Below, piece by piece: positions 18,464-28,801 of a DNA stretch of 64,000 nucleotides; the stretch's first letter is position 1; each line of letters begins with the position of its first letter. Both the position numbers and the translations under genes were made by a program. Source of the stretch: Dehalococcoidia bacterium (GTDB lineage Bacteria > Chloroflexota > Dehalococcoidia > UBA2979); contig OZ244720.1 of the NCBI GenBank assembly GCA_965219085.1, forward strand, positions 1,312,001 through 1,376,000. Reading direction: 5' to 3'. Under the pieces are notes generated by a model that was not told where the DNA came from, did not search any database, and was given only the letters and a program-made list of their open reading frames with translations.

Positions 18464-18955
18464 CTAGGTCTCGGCGGGCTGGGGAGCCGCCAACTCCTCA
18501 TCGATCTCCGCGAGGCGCTGCTCGAGCGCCTCGAGACGCTCACTGAGTTCGGCGCGCATCTCTACCAGCTGCTCGATCTTCGGCTCGACGACCTCGAGCT
18601 GGCGGCGGAGCGCGGCCATGACCTGCTCCACGCGTTGGCGGCGCTCGGGCAGGTCGCGGTCGGGGCGGCGGGTGGCGCGGATCTGCGCCCGCAGCTCCTC
18701 AGCCTGGACCATCTCCTTGATCTCGGCGAGCGTGAAGCCGAGCAGGCCCTGGAGCTGCTTGATCAGCTCAACACGGCCAATGTCTGCGTCCGAGTAGAGC
18801 CGGAAGCCACCTTCCATCCGGTCTGCGGGGGTGACGAGGCCGCGCTCCTCGTAGAAGCGGAGCGTGCGCTGGGTGAGCCCGGTGCGCTGCGCCACCTCCC
18901 CGATCTGGTAGCGGGGCTCGGTCGACGGGCTGGCCTCGGGCACATCGTTGGTCAT
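18464..18955 (-). CDS. MerR family transcriptional regulator
   Basis: YQIGEVA..TGLTQRTLRFYEERGL, GGFRLYS; TACGAT 7 nt before ATG. Confidence 0.93.
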   Translation of the reverse strand: MTNDVPEASPSTEPRYQIGEVAQRTGLTQRTLRFYEERGLVTPADRMEGGFRLYSDADIGRVELIKQLQGLLGFTLAEIKEMVQAEELRAQIRATRRPDRDLPERRQRVEQVMAALRRQLEVVEPKIEQLVEMRAELSERLEALEQRLAEIDEELAAPQPAET

Positions 18956-19019
18956 CGCCCGCATCGTAGGAAGCGGTTGCGCGGCGGGTCAACCGACCAA
19001 CGCGCGTCAACCTCGCGCG

Positions 19020-19757
19020 TTATAGCGGCTCGTCGTCGTCCTCGTCCAGCAGGCCCGGCCCGTGCGAAGGCACCAGGGCGTTGGGGCGATCCCCGCGCTG
19101 CTCGCGTGGGGCGGGCACCGCTGCCGCCGCGACGACCACCGCCTCTATGGCCGCGGCATCGCCCGCGACGAGCGCCACAAGCGCCCCGGCGTCGCGCCAC
19201 ACCTCGAGCTGCGTCGCGTCCACCGAGCCGTCGACGGACACGATCAGCGGCTTGCGCGTGAGGTCGGCGATGCGCCGCGTGAGCAGCTGGTCGCGCACCG
19301 TCGCCGCGGCGCGAGACGACGGGAGCAGGATCGCGTCGAGTTCGAGCGGCTGCAGCAGCCGCAGCTCCTCCTCGGCGGCCGCGGCGTCCGGCAGCAGCGC
19401 GACGTGGCCGAGATCGGGCCGCAGCAGCGCCGCCGCCTCGGTCTGCGCGTCGTCGAATACGAGGAAGTCCGCGCCCCCTTCGATGAGGGCGTCGGTATCG
19501 GCGCTCGTAGCGGCCTCGACGCGCGCCCCGACGGGGCGACCGTCGGCGGCCTCGATCACCGCCTCGATGTCCTCGGCGCCCACGAGCAGCGCGTCGGCGC
19601 CCGCGGCGGCCGCCCGCGCGGCGGCCTTGGCGCCGCCGACCTCGGCGAGGACCAGCACGTGGCGCTGCGACTCGGCGCCGCGGCCGCGCGGGCCGAAGCC
19701 GAACGGGACGGAACGGCGCTCAAGCGTGGAGCGGATCCGCTCGCGGAGTTTGCTCAT
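19020..19757 (-). CDS. hypothetical protein (possible degenerate TIM barrel)
   Basis: 245-aa ORF with host-like codon use; GADALL/GADFLVF beta-alpha repeats. Confidence 0.7.
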   Translation of the reverse strand: MSKLRERIRSTLERRSVPFGFGPRGRGAESQRHVLVLAEVGGAKAAARAAAAGADALLVGAEDIEAVIEAADGRPVGARVEAATSADTDALIEGGADFLVFDDAQTEAAALLRPDLGHVALLPDAAAAEEELRLLQPLELDAILLPSSRAAATVRDQLLTRRIADLTRKPLIVSVDGSVDATQLEVWRDAGALVALVAGDAAAIEAVVVAAAAVPAPREQRGDRPNALVPSHGPGLLDEDDDEPL

Positions 19758-19809
19758 GCGGGCGTACTCACTTCAGGTGGGCGCAGGGTGCGCGCCGGGC
19801 GGTGGTGTG

Positions 19810-19884
19810 TGGAGCCGGCGGGGGGATTCGAACCCTCGACCTGCTGTTTACGAAACAGCTGCTCTACCTCTGAGCTACACCGGC
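19810..19884 (-). tRNA. tRNA-Thr(CGT)
   Basis: gccggtgtagctcagaggtagagca...tttcgtaa...ggttcgaatcc...ccggctcca cloverleaf with CCA. Confidence 0.97.
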
Positions 19885-20065
19885 CCGGCGTCCAGCGTAT
19901 AGCGTACCGCCGGGGTGGGTTTGAGGGGTAGGAAGCGTCACCGAACGTAACTAACCCCTGATCCACCGAAGAAGGGCGTGCGAGCGGCTGCGGTTGGGTG
20001 CTCCGCTGTAGCTGGGACAATGGGTTTTGCCGAATCACGTCACAGCCACAGGGAGCACCCATTCG

Positions 20066-21214
20066 ATGCTACCAACGAGCGACCCCGACCGGATAGACAT
20101 CGCCTTCGATGACGACCGCCTCGTGGACCACGCGGGCCTGCTGCTCCCGGCCACGCTCGCCCAGCATCTCGGTCTGCAAGAGCTCGCCGACAGCTGCGTC
20201 GACCTCGGTGACGCGCCGGGCCGGGCGAACGCCGGCGACAAGCTGCTGACCCTCATCGCCTCGGCGCTCGCGGGCGGCGACTGCATCGACGACGCCGATG
20301 CGTTGCGCGCCGGCGGGACGGCGAGCGTGCTGGGTTGCACGGTCAAGGCGCCGTCCACCCTGGGCACGTTCCTGCGCAGCTTCCGCTGGGGCCACGTCCG
20401 CCAGCTCGACCGCGTCAGCCGCGAGTTGCTCGCTCGCAGCTGGGCGGCCGGGGCGGGACCCGGCGACGCGCCGTTCACGATCGACCTCGACTCGACGATC
20501 TGCGAGACCTACGGCTTGGCGAAGGAGGGCGCCCGGCACCACGGCTACACGGGCGCGCGCGGCTACCACCCGCTGCTCGCGGTGGCGGCCGGGACGGGTG
20601 ACGTGCTGATGGCGCGGCTGCGCGAGGGCCGCGCCAACACTGCCCGCGGCGCCGCCCACTTCCTGCGTGAGACGGTGGCGCGGGTCCGCGCTGCCGGAGC
20701 GAGCGGGCAGCTCACGATGCGCGCCGACAGCGGCTTCTACAACCACGCGGTCGTCGCCGCCTGCCGCGCGCTGGATGTCCGCTTCTCGGTCACGATTCGC
20801 CAGCAACCGAACGTACGCACGCTGATCGAGGCGATCCCGGAAGCGGACTGGACGCCGATCCCGTACTGGCTGCCGGGCGGCGCCGCTGTCGCCGAGACGT
20901 CCTACACCCCGTTCCGGCACGCGAAGGACGCCAGCGCGGTCCGGCTCATCGTGCGGCGCGTGAGGCCGGCGCCCGGCTCACAGCTGGCGCTCTTCGCGAC
21001 GTACAGCTACCACGCCTTCATCACCGACCGCGCGGGGGAGATGATGGAGCTCGAGACCGACCATCGCCGTCACGCCGAGATCGAGAACGCGATCCGCGAC
21101 CTCAAGTACGGCGTCGGGCTCAACCATCTCCCCTCGGGCCGCTTCGCCGCGAACGCGGCATGGCTCGCGGTGCAGGTGATCGCGCACAACCTCGCCCGCT
21201 GGACGGCGCACATC
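20066..21214 (+). pseudogene. IS1380 transposase, N-terminal part
   Basis: PSTLGTFLRSF, IDLDST, GYHPL, RADSGF, HAEIENAIRDLKYG, AHNLARW; truncated by IS110. Confidence 0.9.
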
Positions 21215-22570
21215 CTGCTTCCAGGGGGCGCTGCTATCTCTGCCGCGTCCTCGATGGGACAAGTGGGTGCTCGCAGTCGCCCGTGCTCGGCATCACGTGC
21301 GTGGCTTCGTTCGCGCTCGGGTCTTCCTTCCTGATCTCCGGTCCCCGCCGGCTGAGGCGGCGCCTCCCGGCTACGCGGCCTCGCGGGCCACGGCGTGACG
21401 CAGCGGCTCGTAGACCTCCCCGCTCTTCCACAGCGCGAGCAGCAGCACCGCCAACCGCCTCGCGACGGCCACGACCGCGCGCTTCTTCGCGTTGCCCGCC
21501 CCTGTTCCCGCGTAGCGCTCACCCCAGCGACGCAGGTCGCTATCGGGTCCGAAGGGACCGAGGATGTAGTGCGCGGCCTGCACCAGCAGCCGCCGCAAGC
21601 CCGCGTCGCCGCTCTTGCCGATGCCGAGCTGCGGCGCTCGCTCCCCAGACTCCCGCTGCCGCGGCACGAGCCCGAGGTAGGCCCCCACCTCCCGGTTCTG
21701 CGGGAAGCGCCCCGGGTTCTCGATCGTCAGCACGAACGTGAGCGCGGTGATCGGCCCCACGCCGGTGACCTGGCGCAGCGCCGCGGTCTCGGGGTGGGCC
21801 TCGCACAACGCCTCGACCTCCCGCCCGGCCGCCGCGGTGCGCACGGTCAGCTCGCCAATCGCCTCCACCAGCGGCAGCAGCGCCGGGCGCAGCCCGTCGG
21901 GGATGTGGTCCGCCGTCTTGCGGTGAAAGGCCGCGGCCGTGCACGACGGCAGCGCGTCGCCGCAGGCCTTGACGGCCCCGCGCACGTGGTTGATGAGCAG
22001 CGTCCTCGATCGCACCAGCGCGTCGCGGGCGCGCACCACGGCGAGGTCGTGCTGACTCTGCTCGCTCCTGTGGCGGATCGGGGCGAGCAACTCCGGGTCG
22101 AAGCGCCCCAGCCGCGCCAGCCACGCGGCGTCGAGCCGGTCGGTCTTGCGCTGGCTGCCGGCGATCAGCGCGACCTGGCGAGGGTTGGCGACGACCACCT
22201 CATGGCCGAGGTCCGCCACGACGCGGCTCAGCCACGGCGAGCGCGGCCCCGCCTCGAGCACGACCCGCGCCGGGGAGAGGCCGGTCAGCGCTGCGCCCAG
22301 CGCCGCAGCCGCGGTGCGGACGCGCCGCTCGCGTATCACCTCCCCGCCGGCGCCGAGGGCGTGGACGTGCGTGTAACGATCGCCCACGTCGAGGCCGACG
22401 GTGATGGCGGGCCCATCCTTGCCTTCAATGCTCCGCGTCGTTGCGATATGCTGCTGCATGGCCGGTCTCCTACCTCGTCAAGGCTCTTCCGAGCCGCTCT
22501 TGGCCCATCGAGGCCGCTGTTTCAGGGGGCGAGTATCCCCCTTGAGGAGGAGGCCGGCCCTCATGCCATC
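21215..22570 (-). mobile_element. IS110/IS1111-type element nested in IS1380
   Basis: non-IS1380 sequence containing a DEDD recombinase with ~110 bp upstream and ~155 bp downstream non-coding ends; boundaries approximate. Confidence 0.8.
21371..22459 (-). CDS. IS110 family transposase/recombinase
   Basis: VGLDV, VLEAG, KTDRLDA (DEDD RuvC-like), GVGPITA, AYLGLVPRQRESG, KKRAVVAVARRL. Confidence 0.95.
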   Translation of the reverse strand: MQQHIATTRSIEGKDGPAITVGLDVGDRYTHVHALGAGGEVIRERRVRTAAAALGAALTGLSPARVVLEAGPRSPWLSRVVADLGHEVVVANPRQVALIAGSQRKTDRLDAAWLARLGRFDPELLAPIRHRSEQSQHDLAVVRARDALVRSRTLLINHVRGAVKACGDALPSCTAAAFHRKTADHIPDGLRPALLPLVEAIGELTVRTAAAGREVEALCEAHPETAALRQVTGVGPITALTFVLTIENPGRFPQNREVGAYLGLVPRQRESGERAPQLGIGKSGDAGLRRLLVQAAHYILGPFGPDSDLRRWGERYAGTGAGNAKKRAVVAVARRLAVLLLALWKSGEVYEPLRHAVAREAA

Positions 22571-22672
22571 TCTGCCCGGCGCTGGACCCTGCACCTCCCG
22601 AAGCGCTGGCCCTGGGCCGGGCAGTGGGCAGCCGCCCTGGCGCGGTTACGGGCGCTTCCGCTCCCGGCCTGA
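22571..22672 (+). pseudogene. IS1380 transposase, C-terminal fragment
   Basis: SARRWTLHLPKRWPW...ALARLRALPLPA*, a typical IS1380 C-terminus. Confidence 0.85.
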
Positions 22673-23259
22673 CGCCCGCTCACAGCGCCGGCCCGGGTCC
22701 GAGGCTCGCGCCAGCATGCCCGCGCACGCCTCGCGCACCCTCGCGCCCGCGCTCTCAGCGCCCCCGAGCCGCGCTGAGCGCCGGCTCCTCGCTCCGGCCC
22801 GCCCGGCGAACACCGACACACCTGCCGAACTCTCCAGCATACCGGCATCCCGCCCCCTCAAGCCTCGATCGGTGTATTCGGGTTAAGAAGGAGCCATCCC
22901 CGTACGGCCATTGCCCGCGCTGCTCGACACCTCTAGAACGGCGGCACGATCTACTCAACTTCAACGATCGCCCTTATTCCACCCCGTACGTACGGTGCGC
23001 CAAGTGTTTCTGGAGGTCCGGGAAGATCACTGACCCATACGACCGTGACCAATACCCCGAGGGAACGCTGGCTGGCGATAGATGACCCGGACGCAGGGCC
23101 CATCAACGCCGCTTAGCTATCTTGACGGCGCTGTAACCCCTATCCACTCGCCACGAGGGCAAGGCGCCGCACATGGCGCACGTCCGTTCCGCTATGCTTG
23201 ACACGGCCACACGACGTGATCGAGCCGACGCGACGCGGTCCGGGAGGCCCAGGAACGCC

Positions 23260-25359
23260 ATGACCACCCAGTCCAGGGTCGCGACGGCCGACGACGGCGC
23301 GCCCAGCGCCGCTCCACCTCCAGCCTTCGACCTCGACGCCCCCGAGTGGTACGCCAACCGCGAGCTCAGCTGGCTCGACTTCAACGACCGCGTCCTCGCC
23401 GAGGCGCGTGACCGCCGCAACCCGCTGCTCGAACGCCTCAAGTTCCTCGCCATCACCGGCAGCAACCTGGACGAGTTCTACGAGAAGCGCGTCGGCTGGC
23501 TGCGCCGCCTCGCCGAAACCGACCGCAACCAGCACACCCTCGACGGCATGTCGGTGGCCGACCAGCTCGCCGAGTCGAAGCGCCGCTGCCTCGCCATGCG
23601 CGAGGAGCTCGACGCGACCTGGGCACTCGACCTGCGGCCCGCGCTCGCCGCCGCGGGCGTCCAGATCGTGTCGTACGGGGACCTCAACGCCGGGGAGCAG
23701 GGCGAGCTGGAAGCGCACTTCAAGCGCGCCATCCTGCCGATCCTGACGCCGCTCGTCGTCGACCCCGCGCACCCGTTCCCGTTCATCTCCGGCGGCAGCC
23801 TCTCGCTGGCCGTCGGCCTGCGGCAGCGCAACGGCATGACGCGCTTCGCGCGCGTCAAGGTACCGCCCAACCGCCCGCGCTTCCTCGACCTCGCCGGCGG
23901 GCGCTTCGTGCCGCTCGAGGAGGTGATCGGGGCGCACCTCGGGCTGCTCTTCGCCGGCGTCCAGGTGATCGGCTGGCACCTCATCCGCGTGCTGCGCAGC
24001 GCCGCGGGCGGGACACCCGGCGAGGCGGCCGAGGACCTGCGCGAGCTGATCGAGACCCAGATCGAGCGGCGGCGCCTCGCCGACGCCGTCGCGCTCGAAT
24101 GCTCCTCGCGGCTCCCGCCGCTGCACCGCGAGCTGCTGCTCGACGAGCTCGAGCTCGACGAGTCGGACGTGATCGAGGTCGAGCACCTCGTCGACACGGC
24201 GGACCTGATGCAGCTCGCGACGCTGAGAGCCGAGGAGCTGACGTTCGCCGGCTTCACCCCGGCCATCCCGAAGCGCTTCGCCGCCGTCGAGGAGGACGGA
24301 CGGCTCTGGGAGACGCTGCGCGAGCGGGACCTCCTGGTGCACCACCCGTACGAGTCCTTCGACGCGACCGTCGTGCGCTTCGTCGAGCAGGCGGCGCGTG
24401 ACCCGCAGGTGCTGGCGATCAAGCAGACGCTGTACCGCACCTCGCCGGACTCGCCAATCCTCGAGGCGCTCATGAACGCCGCCGCCAAGGGCAAGCAGGT
24501 CGCGGTCGTCGTCGAGCTGACCGCGCGCTTTGACGAGGCGAACAACATCGAGTGGGCGCGCAAGCTGGAGGAGGCCGGCGTCCACATCTCGTACGGCTCG
24601 CCGGACCTCAAGGTGCACAGCAAGATCTCGCTCGTCGTCCGCGACGAGCCCCCCGGCGTACGGCTCTACGCGCACGTCGGCACCGGCAACTACAACTCGG
24701 GCACCGCGCGGCTCTACACCGACATCGGCATGTTCACCTCGGACGAGGCGATCGGGGCGGACCTCGTGACGGTGTTCAACCACCTCACGGGCTCCTCGGA
24801 GCCCCCGGTCACGAACGAGCTGATCGTCGCGCCGACGACCATGCGCACCGAGTTCAAGCGCCGCATCCGCCGCGAGATCGAGGCGGCCCGCGCGGGCCGG
24901 CCGGCGCGGCTCGTCTTCAAGATGAATGCGCTCGAGGATCAGGAGTCGGTGCGGCTGCTCTACGAGGCCTCGCAGGCCGGGGTCGATATCGACCTGATCG
25001 TGCGTGGCCTCTGCCGGCTGCGCCCCGGCATCCCGGGGCTGAGCAACCGCATCCGCGTGGTGAGCGTGATCGGGCGCTTCCTCGAGCACGCACGTATCTA
25101 CTACTTCGAGAACGGCGGCGATCCCGAGTACTTCATCGGCAGCGCCGACCTGATGAAGCGCAACCTCGACGAGCGCATCGAGATCATCGCGCCGGTGCGC
25201 GAGCCGGACCTGCAGGCGCACCTCTGGGACGTGCTGCAGGTGCAGCTCAACGACCGCCGCCAGGGCTGGCGCCTGCATGACCAAACGTGGACGCGCGACG
25301 ACGCCTGCACAGACATCGGCGTGCACGCGGACCTGCTCGAGCAGGCGCCCTTCGCGTAG
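23260..25359 (+). CDS. ppk1: polyphosphate kinase 1
   Basis: NRELSWLDFNDRVL, HPFPFIS, HHPYESF, KQTLYRT, ARFDEANNI, RFLEHAR. Confidence 0.97.
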   Translation: MTTQSRVATADDGAPSAAPPPAFDLDAPEWYANRELSWLDFNDRVLAEARDRRNPLLERLKFLAITGSNLDEFYEKRVGWLRRLAETDRNQHTLDGMSVADQLAESKRRCLAMREELDATWALDLRPALAAAGVQIVSYGDLNAGEQGELEAHFKRAILPILTPLVVDPAHPFPFISGGSLSLAVGLRQRNGMTRFARVKVPPNRPRFLDLAGGRFVPLEEVIGAHLGLLFAGVQVIGWHLIRVLRSAAGGTPGEAAEDLRELIETQIERRRLADAVALECSSRLPPLHRELLLDELELDESDVIEVEHLVDTADLMQLATLRAEELTFAGFTPAIPKRFAAVEEDGRLWETLRERDLLVHHPYESFDATVVRFVEQAARDPQVLAIKQTLYRTSPDSPILEALMNAAAKGKQVAVVVELTARFDEANNIEWARKLEEAGVHISYGSPDLKVHSKISLVVRDEPPGVRLYAHVGTGNYNSGTARLYTDIGMFTSDEAIGADLVTVFNHLTGSSEPPVTNELIVAPTTMRTEFKRRIRREIEAARAGRPARLVFKMNALEDQESVRLLYEASQAGVDIDLIVRGLCRLRPGIPGLSNRIRVVSVIGRFLEHARIYYFENGGDPEYFIGSADLMKRNLDERIEIIAPVREPDLQAHLWDVLQVQLNDRRQGWRLHDQTWTRDDACTDIGVHADLLEQAPFA

Positions 25360-25495
25360 CCCCTGCACGCAGCCCCTGCACGCAGCCATCGAGGCGTCCC
25401 GCCTCGCACCGGCCCCGCCGGCGCCGAGCCTCAGCCGCGCCGAGGCCTCACACGCGTATCATCGGGCCGTACATCGCGTGTGGCGGGAGGCTGAC

Positions 25496-26281
25496 GTGGC
25501 GGACGAGCGAACCCCGGCGGGCCAGCCTGAGCTGGCCGAGCAGACCGTGCTCGTCACCGGCGCGGCAAGCGGCATCGGGCGCACGACCGCACTCGCCTTC
25601 GGCGCCGCCGGCGCGCGCGTCGTGCTCGCCGACATCGACGAGGCGGGCGCGGACCGGATCGCGAGGCAGATCGAGGACCGGTTCGGCGCCGAACCGCTCG
25701 TGCACCGGGCCGACCTCGCCGACGGCGCGGACATCCTCGGCCTGTACGAGGCAATCGACGACGCGTACGGCGGCGTCGACAGCGTCGCGAACGTCGCGGC
25801 GATCTATCCGAACGCGCTCACGGTCGACACGTCGGACGAGTTCTGGGACCGCGTACTGACGTTGAACCTGCGCGGCGTGTTCCAGTCGTCCCGCGAGGCC
25901 TTGCGGCGGATGGTGGCGCAGGGCCACGGGTCGGTCGTGAACATTGCCTCGGGCGCGGCGTTCAAGGGGCTGTCCGGGCTCTCCGCGTACTCGGCGTCGA
26001 AGGGCGGGCTCGTGGCGATGAGCCGCGTGATGGCCGTCGAGGTCGCGCGGCAAGGCGTGCGCGTCAACGTCGTCGCGCCGGGCCCGACGCAGACCGAGGG
26101 CGCGGCCGGGCGTCGCAGCGCCGAGGAGATTGCCGCCGCCGCCGAGCGCATGATCCCGGGCCGGATGATGCAACCCGAGGAGGTCGCGGAGGCGATCGTG
26201 TTCCTGTGCTCGCCACAGGCATCCGGCCTCAACGGCGCGATTCTCAACGTCAACGGCGGCGACTACCAGCCGACCGGCTAG
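25496..26281 (+). CDS. SDR family oxidoreductase
   Basis: TGAASGIG, YSASK, VNVVAPG. Confidence 0.95.
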   Translation: MADERTPAGQPELAEQTVLVTGAASGIGRTTALAFGAAGARVVLADIDEAGADRIARQIEDRFGAEPLVHRADLADGADILGLYEAIDDAYGGVDSVANVAAIYPNALTVDTSDEFWDRVLTLNLRGVFQSSREALRRMVAQGHGSVVNIASGAAFKGLSGLSAYSASKGGLVAMSRVMAVEVARQGVRVNVVAPGPTQTEGAAGRRSAEEIAAAAERMIPGRMMQPEEVAEAIVFLCSPQASGLNGAILNVNGGDYQPTG

Positions 26282-26306
26282 TGCCGCCCGAGAGCGCACC
26301 CACCCC

Positions 26307-27668
26307 ATGACCATGCCGCGACCCATCGTGCGCGTGACGCACGCGGCCCTCCACCTCTCCGAGGACGGCCTGGCCGCCCTCGAGGCGCCGTTCCGCGGGC
26401 CCCGCGCGCCCAGCGCGCCCAGCGCGGCCATCGCCGAGGTCGCCGAGCAGGCCGCGCCGCCGAGGCAGGACCGCATCGGCGCGCTGCGCATACGCGACTT
26501 CCGCTTCCTGTTCATCGGCACCGTCACGTCGGGCTACGGGCAGTGGGCCACGATGATCGGCCTCGGATGGCTCGCGTACGTGCTCTCGGGCAATTCAGCA
26601 GCGCAGCTCGCATGGGTGGTCGCCGTCGGCGGCGCGATGCGGCTGTTGTCGGCGCCGTGGATCGGCGTGGTGCTGGACCGCTACCACCGCCGCTCGGTGA
26701 CGGTGTGGTCGACGCTCGCGAGCGCCGCGCTGGGCCTCGGGCTGGCCGTGCTGGTCATCACCGACATGGTCGCGTTCTGGCAGCTCTACGCATTCTCGGC
26801 GCTCGAGGGCGTCATCAGCAGCGCCAACCAGAACGTGCGCCAGACGTTCGTCTACGACGTGACGACGCCCGACACGCTCTCGAACGCGATCGCGCTCAAC
26901 GCGATCGCGCAGAACCTCTCGAGGATCTCCGGGCCCCCGCTCGCCGGCGCGATGATCGGGCTGCTGGGCACGGCGTCGCCGTTCCTGTTCATCGCCGTGA
27001 TGATGACGATCGCGACGTTCTTCACGCTCCTGATCAGCAAGTCGACGCGGCAGGCCGCGTTCGACACCGACAATCCGTTCCGCAGCCTGTGGGTGGGCAT
27101 CCGCTACGTCGCCTCGGACCGGCCGATGCTCGGCTTGGTGCTGTCCGGCGCGGTGCCGGGCATCTTCCTGTACCCGTACATCCCGCTGCTCCCCGTGTTC
27201 GCCGGGGAAGTGCTGGGCACGGGCTCGACGGGCTACGGGCTCCTCGCTGCCTCGGTCGGCTGGGGGTCGCTGACGGGACTGTTGGTGCTGTCGTGGCTCG
27301 GCGATGTGCGCCGCAAGGGCATCATTGCGATCTGGGGCCTGGTGTTCTATGCGGCCGCGCTCATCGTGTTCACGCAGTCGACGGTGTTCATCCTGTCATC
27401 GGCGATGCTCGTGGTGGCCGGCATCTTTCACGGCGTCGCGTTCACGGTGGCGCAGATCCTGGTGCAGGTGCTGGCGCGCGACGAGATGCGAGGGCGGGCG
27501 ACATCGCTGTTCCAGATGGGCTTCTCGCTCATGCCCGTCGGAGCGATCCCAATGGGGATAGCGATCGAGGCGTGGGGCGCGGCGACAGCGGTGGGCGGGT
27601 TCATCACGGTCGCGTTGGTGTGGTTCATCTTCATGGGCTTCTTCTGGCGCTCACTCCTCCGCGCGTAG
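26307..27668 (+). CDS. MFS transporter
   Basis: about 12 hydrophobic segments, GVVLDRYHRR motif A, MRGRA. Confidence 0.92.
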   Translation: MTMPRPIVRVTHAALHLSEDGLAALEAPFRGPRAPSAPSAAIAEVAEQAAPPRQDRIGALRIRDFRFLFIGTVTSGYGQWATMIGLGWLAYVLSGNSAAQLAWVVAVGGAMRLLSAPWIGVVLDRYHRRSVTVWSTLASAALGLGLAVLVITDMVAFWQLYAFSALEGVISSANQNVRQTFVYDVTTPDTLSNAIALNAIAQNLSRISGPPLAGAMIGLLGTASPFLFIAVMMTIATFFTLLISKSTRQAAFDTDNPFRSLWVGIRYVASDRPMLGLVLSGAVPGIFLYPYIPLLPVFAGEVLGTGSTGYGLLAASVGWGSLTGLLVLSWLGDVRRKGIIAIWGLVFYAAALIVFTQSTVFILSSAMLVVAGIFHGVAFTVAQILVQVLARDEMRGRATSLFQMGFSLMPVGAIPMGIAIEAWGAATAVGGFITVALVWFIFMGFFWRSLLRA

Positions 27669-27686
27669 AGCCCCCTACGCCGCCCG

Positions 27687-28061
27687 CTACATGTATCGGC
27701 TGAATCGCGAAGTGCTGTCGATGGTGAAGATGAAGGGCCTCGGCGTCTCAGCAAACCGCTGCTCCATATCGTCCAGAGTTCCAACAATGACCTTCAACAG
27801 ATTCCAACGATTGAGCGTTTGCTTGTGTCCGAGAATGAAACAGCCAACGTTGTTGTCGAGGATCGCCCGGCGTTCGGCGTAGCGCCGCCTGATTTGCTTG
27901 TCGCGTGTCACAACCACCCAGCCCCGGCGACCTGCCTCGGCTAGCCATATCTCGTCTGCCGTGTCGTCAGGGAACCTCGGTTCCAGCCATTCGACATCGT
28001 CTCGAACGCACGCGAGTGCGTCGGCAATGTCGCGCGGTATGGAGCGATCGATGAAGATCAC
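27687..28061 (-). CDS. VapC45-like PIN domain toxin
   Basis: IFIDRSI, D.EIWL..AG..GWVVVTRD..IR; GTG overlaps antitoxin stop. Confidence 0.85.
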   Translation of the reverse strand: MIFIDRSIPRDIADALACVRDDVEWLEPRFPDDTADEIWLAEAGRRGWVVVTRDKQIRRRYAERRAILDNNVGCFILGHKQTLNRWNLLKVIVGTLDDMEQRFAETPRPFIFTIDSTSRFSRYM

Positions 28062-28738
28062 GCGGGGGTACGCGACGCCTCGAACTGGATCGCGTGCTCG
28101 ACTTCTTCGAGGGTGATGTTGAAGCCGTATGCAATGCGTTCCAGCGACTCGAGCGCTCGGACCTGCTCGAACACGATCTCGGTCCGAACCCCACTCCCAG
28201 CCACCACCGGAAGCCCAAACCCATAGCTGGGGTCGACCACGACGCGCCGATCGCGCCCGATCGGCCACCACCTGCGTACGAACTCTCCCTCGTACGCGAC
28301 TGTCTTGAGGAAAGGATCGAGGACCTCGGTCCAGGCCCGTTCACCCTTCCTCCGACCGATTCCAACTTCGACGAGCGCGTCGCCCTTCAGCACGAAGAAT
28401 TCGCGACCGTCTGTCTTGAAGCGTTCGGTGACCAGTGGCCGCGACAGGTCGAACATCACCTGGCACGACTCAACGGCCCTACGGATCGTGCGCAGCGACC
28501 ACCCAACGTCCTTGAGCCGACCGATCGCAGCAACCTCGATGAGATCGAAGAACGAGACGCCCGGCTCGTCGCGCTGATCGATACCTGGCGTCACAGGCGC
28601 GGCGCTGACTCGTGCTCCGTTCGACAGGTACGAGTAACCCCGGATCCAGCGCTTCGCAGTACCGCGCGTCACGCCGGCTATCCGATCGGCGTCGGCGTAG
28701 CTGTACATCGGGCGCTCGAAGCGTTCGTCGGGCGTCAA
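28058..28738 (-). CDS. VapB45-like antitoxin (HTH + DUF433)
   Basis: YSYADA..., SFFDLIE, VDPSYGFGLPVV..SGVRT, IAYGFNITLEEVEHAI; TTG start inferred from RBS. Confidence 0.85.
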   Translation of the reverse strand: MTPDERFERPMYSYADADRIAGVTRGTAKRWIRGYSYLSNGARVSAAPVTPGIDQRDEPGVSFFDLIEVAAIGRLKDVGWSLRTIRRAVESCQVMFDLSRPLVTERFKTDGREFFVLKGDALVEVGIGRRKGERAWTEVLDPFLKTVAYEGEFVRRWWPIGRDRRVVVDPSYGFGLPVVAGSGVRTEIVFEQVRALESLERIAYGFNITLEEVEHAIQFEASRTPA

Positions 28739-28801
28739 CGATCCTGACCTTCCTTCTCGTAGCCAGATTAGCATGCAGGTGCGCACCACCCTCGACGCCA
28801 G

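Larger units (their letters stand above)
19956..22882 (+). mobile_element. IS1380-family element, interrupted by IS110
   Basis: left end ccctgatccaccga (19956-19969) and right end tcggtgtattcggg (22869-22882) are imperfect IRs (11/14); ctaa at 19951-19954 and ttaa at 22883-22886. Confidence 0.8.

Noticed and set aside
20027-21334. Intact 435-aa IS1380 transposase as given by the ORF track
   Set aside because: The last ~40 residues are read-through into the IS110 end; the real C-terminus is at 22571-22672.
19810-22882. Integrative island at tRNA-Thr(CGT)
   Set aside because: The IS lies on the 5' side of the tRNA; no duplicated tRNA 3' end and no integrase were seen.
25359-25387. 13-bp tandem duplication gcccctgcacgca after ppk1
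   Set aside because: Two copies only; most simply a slippage duplication with no sign of function.
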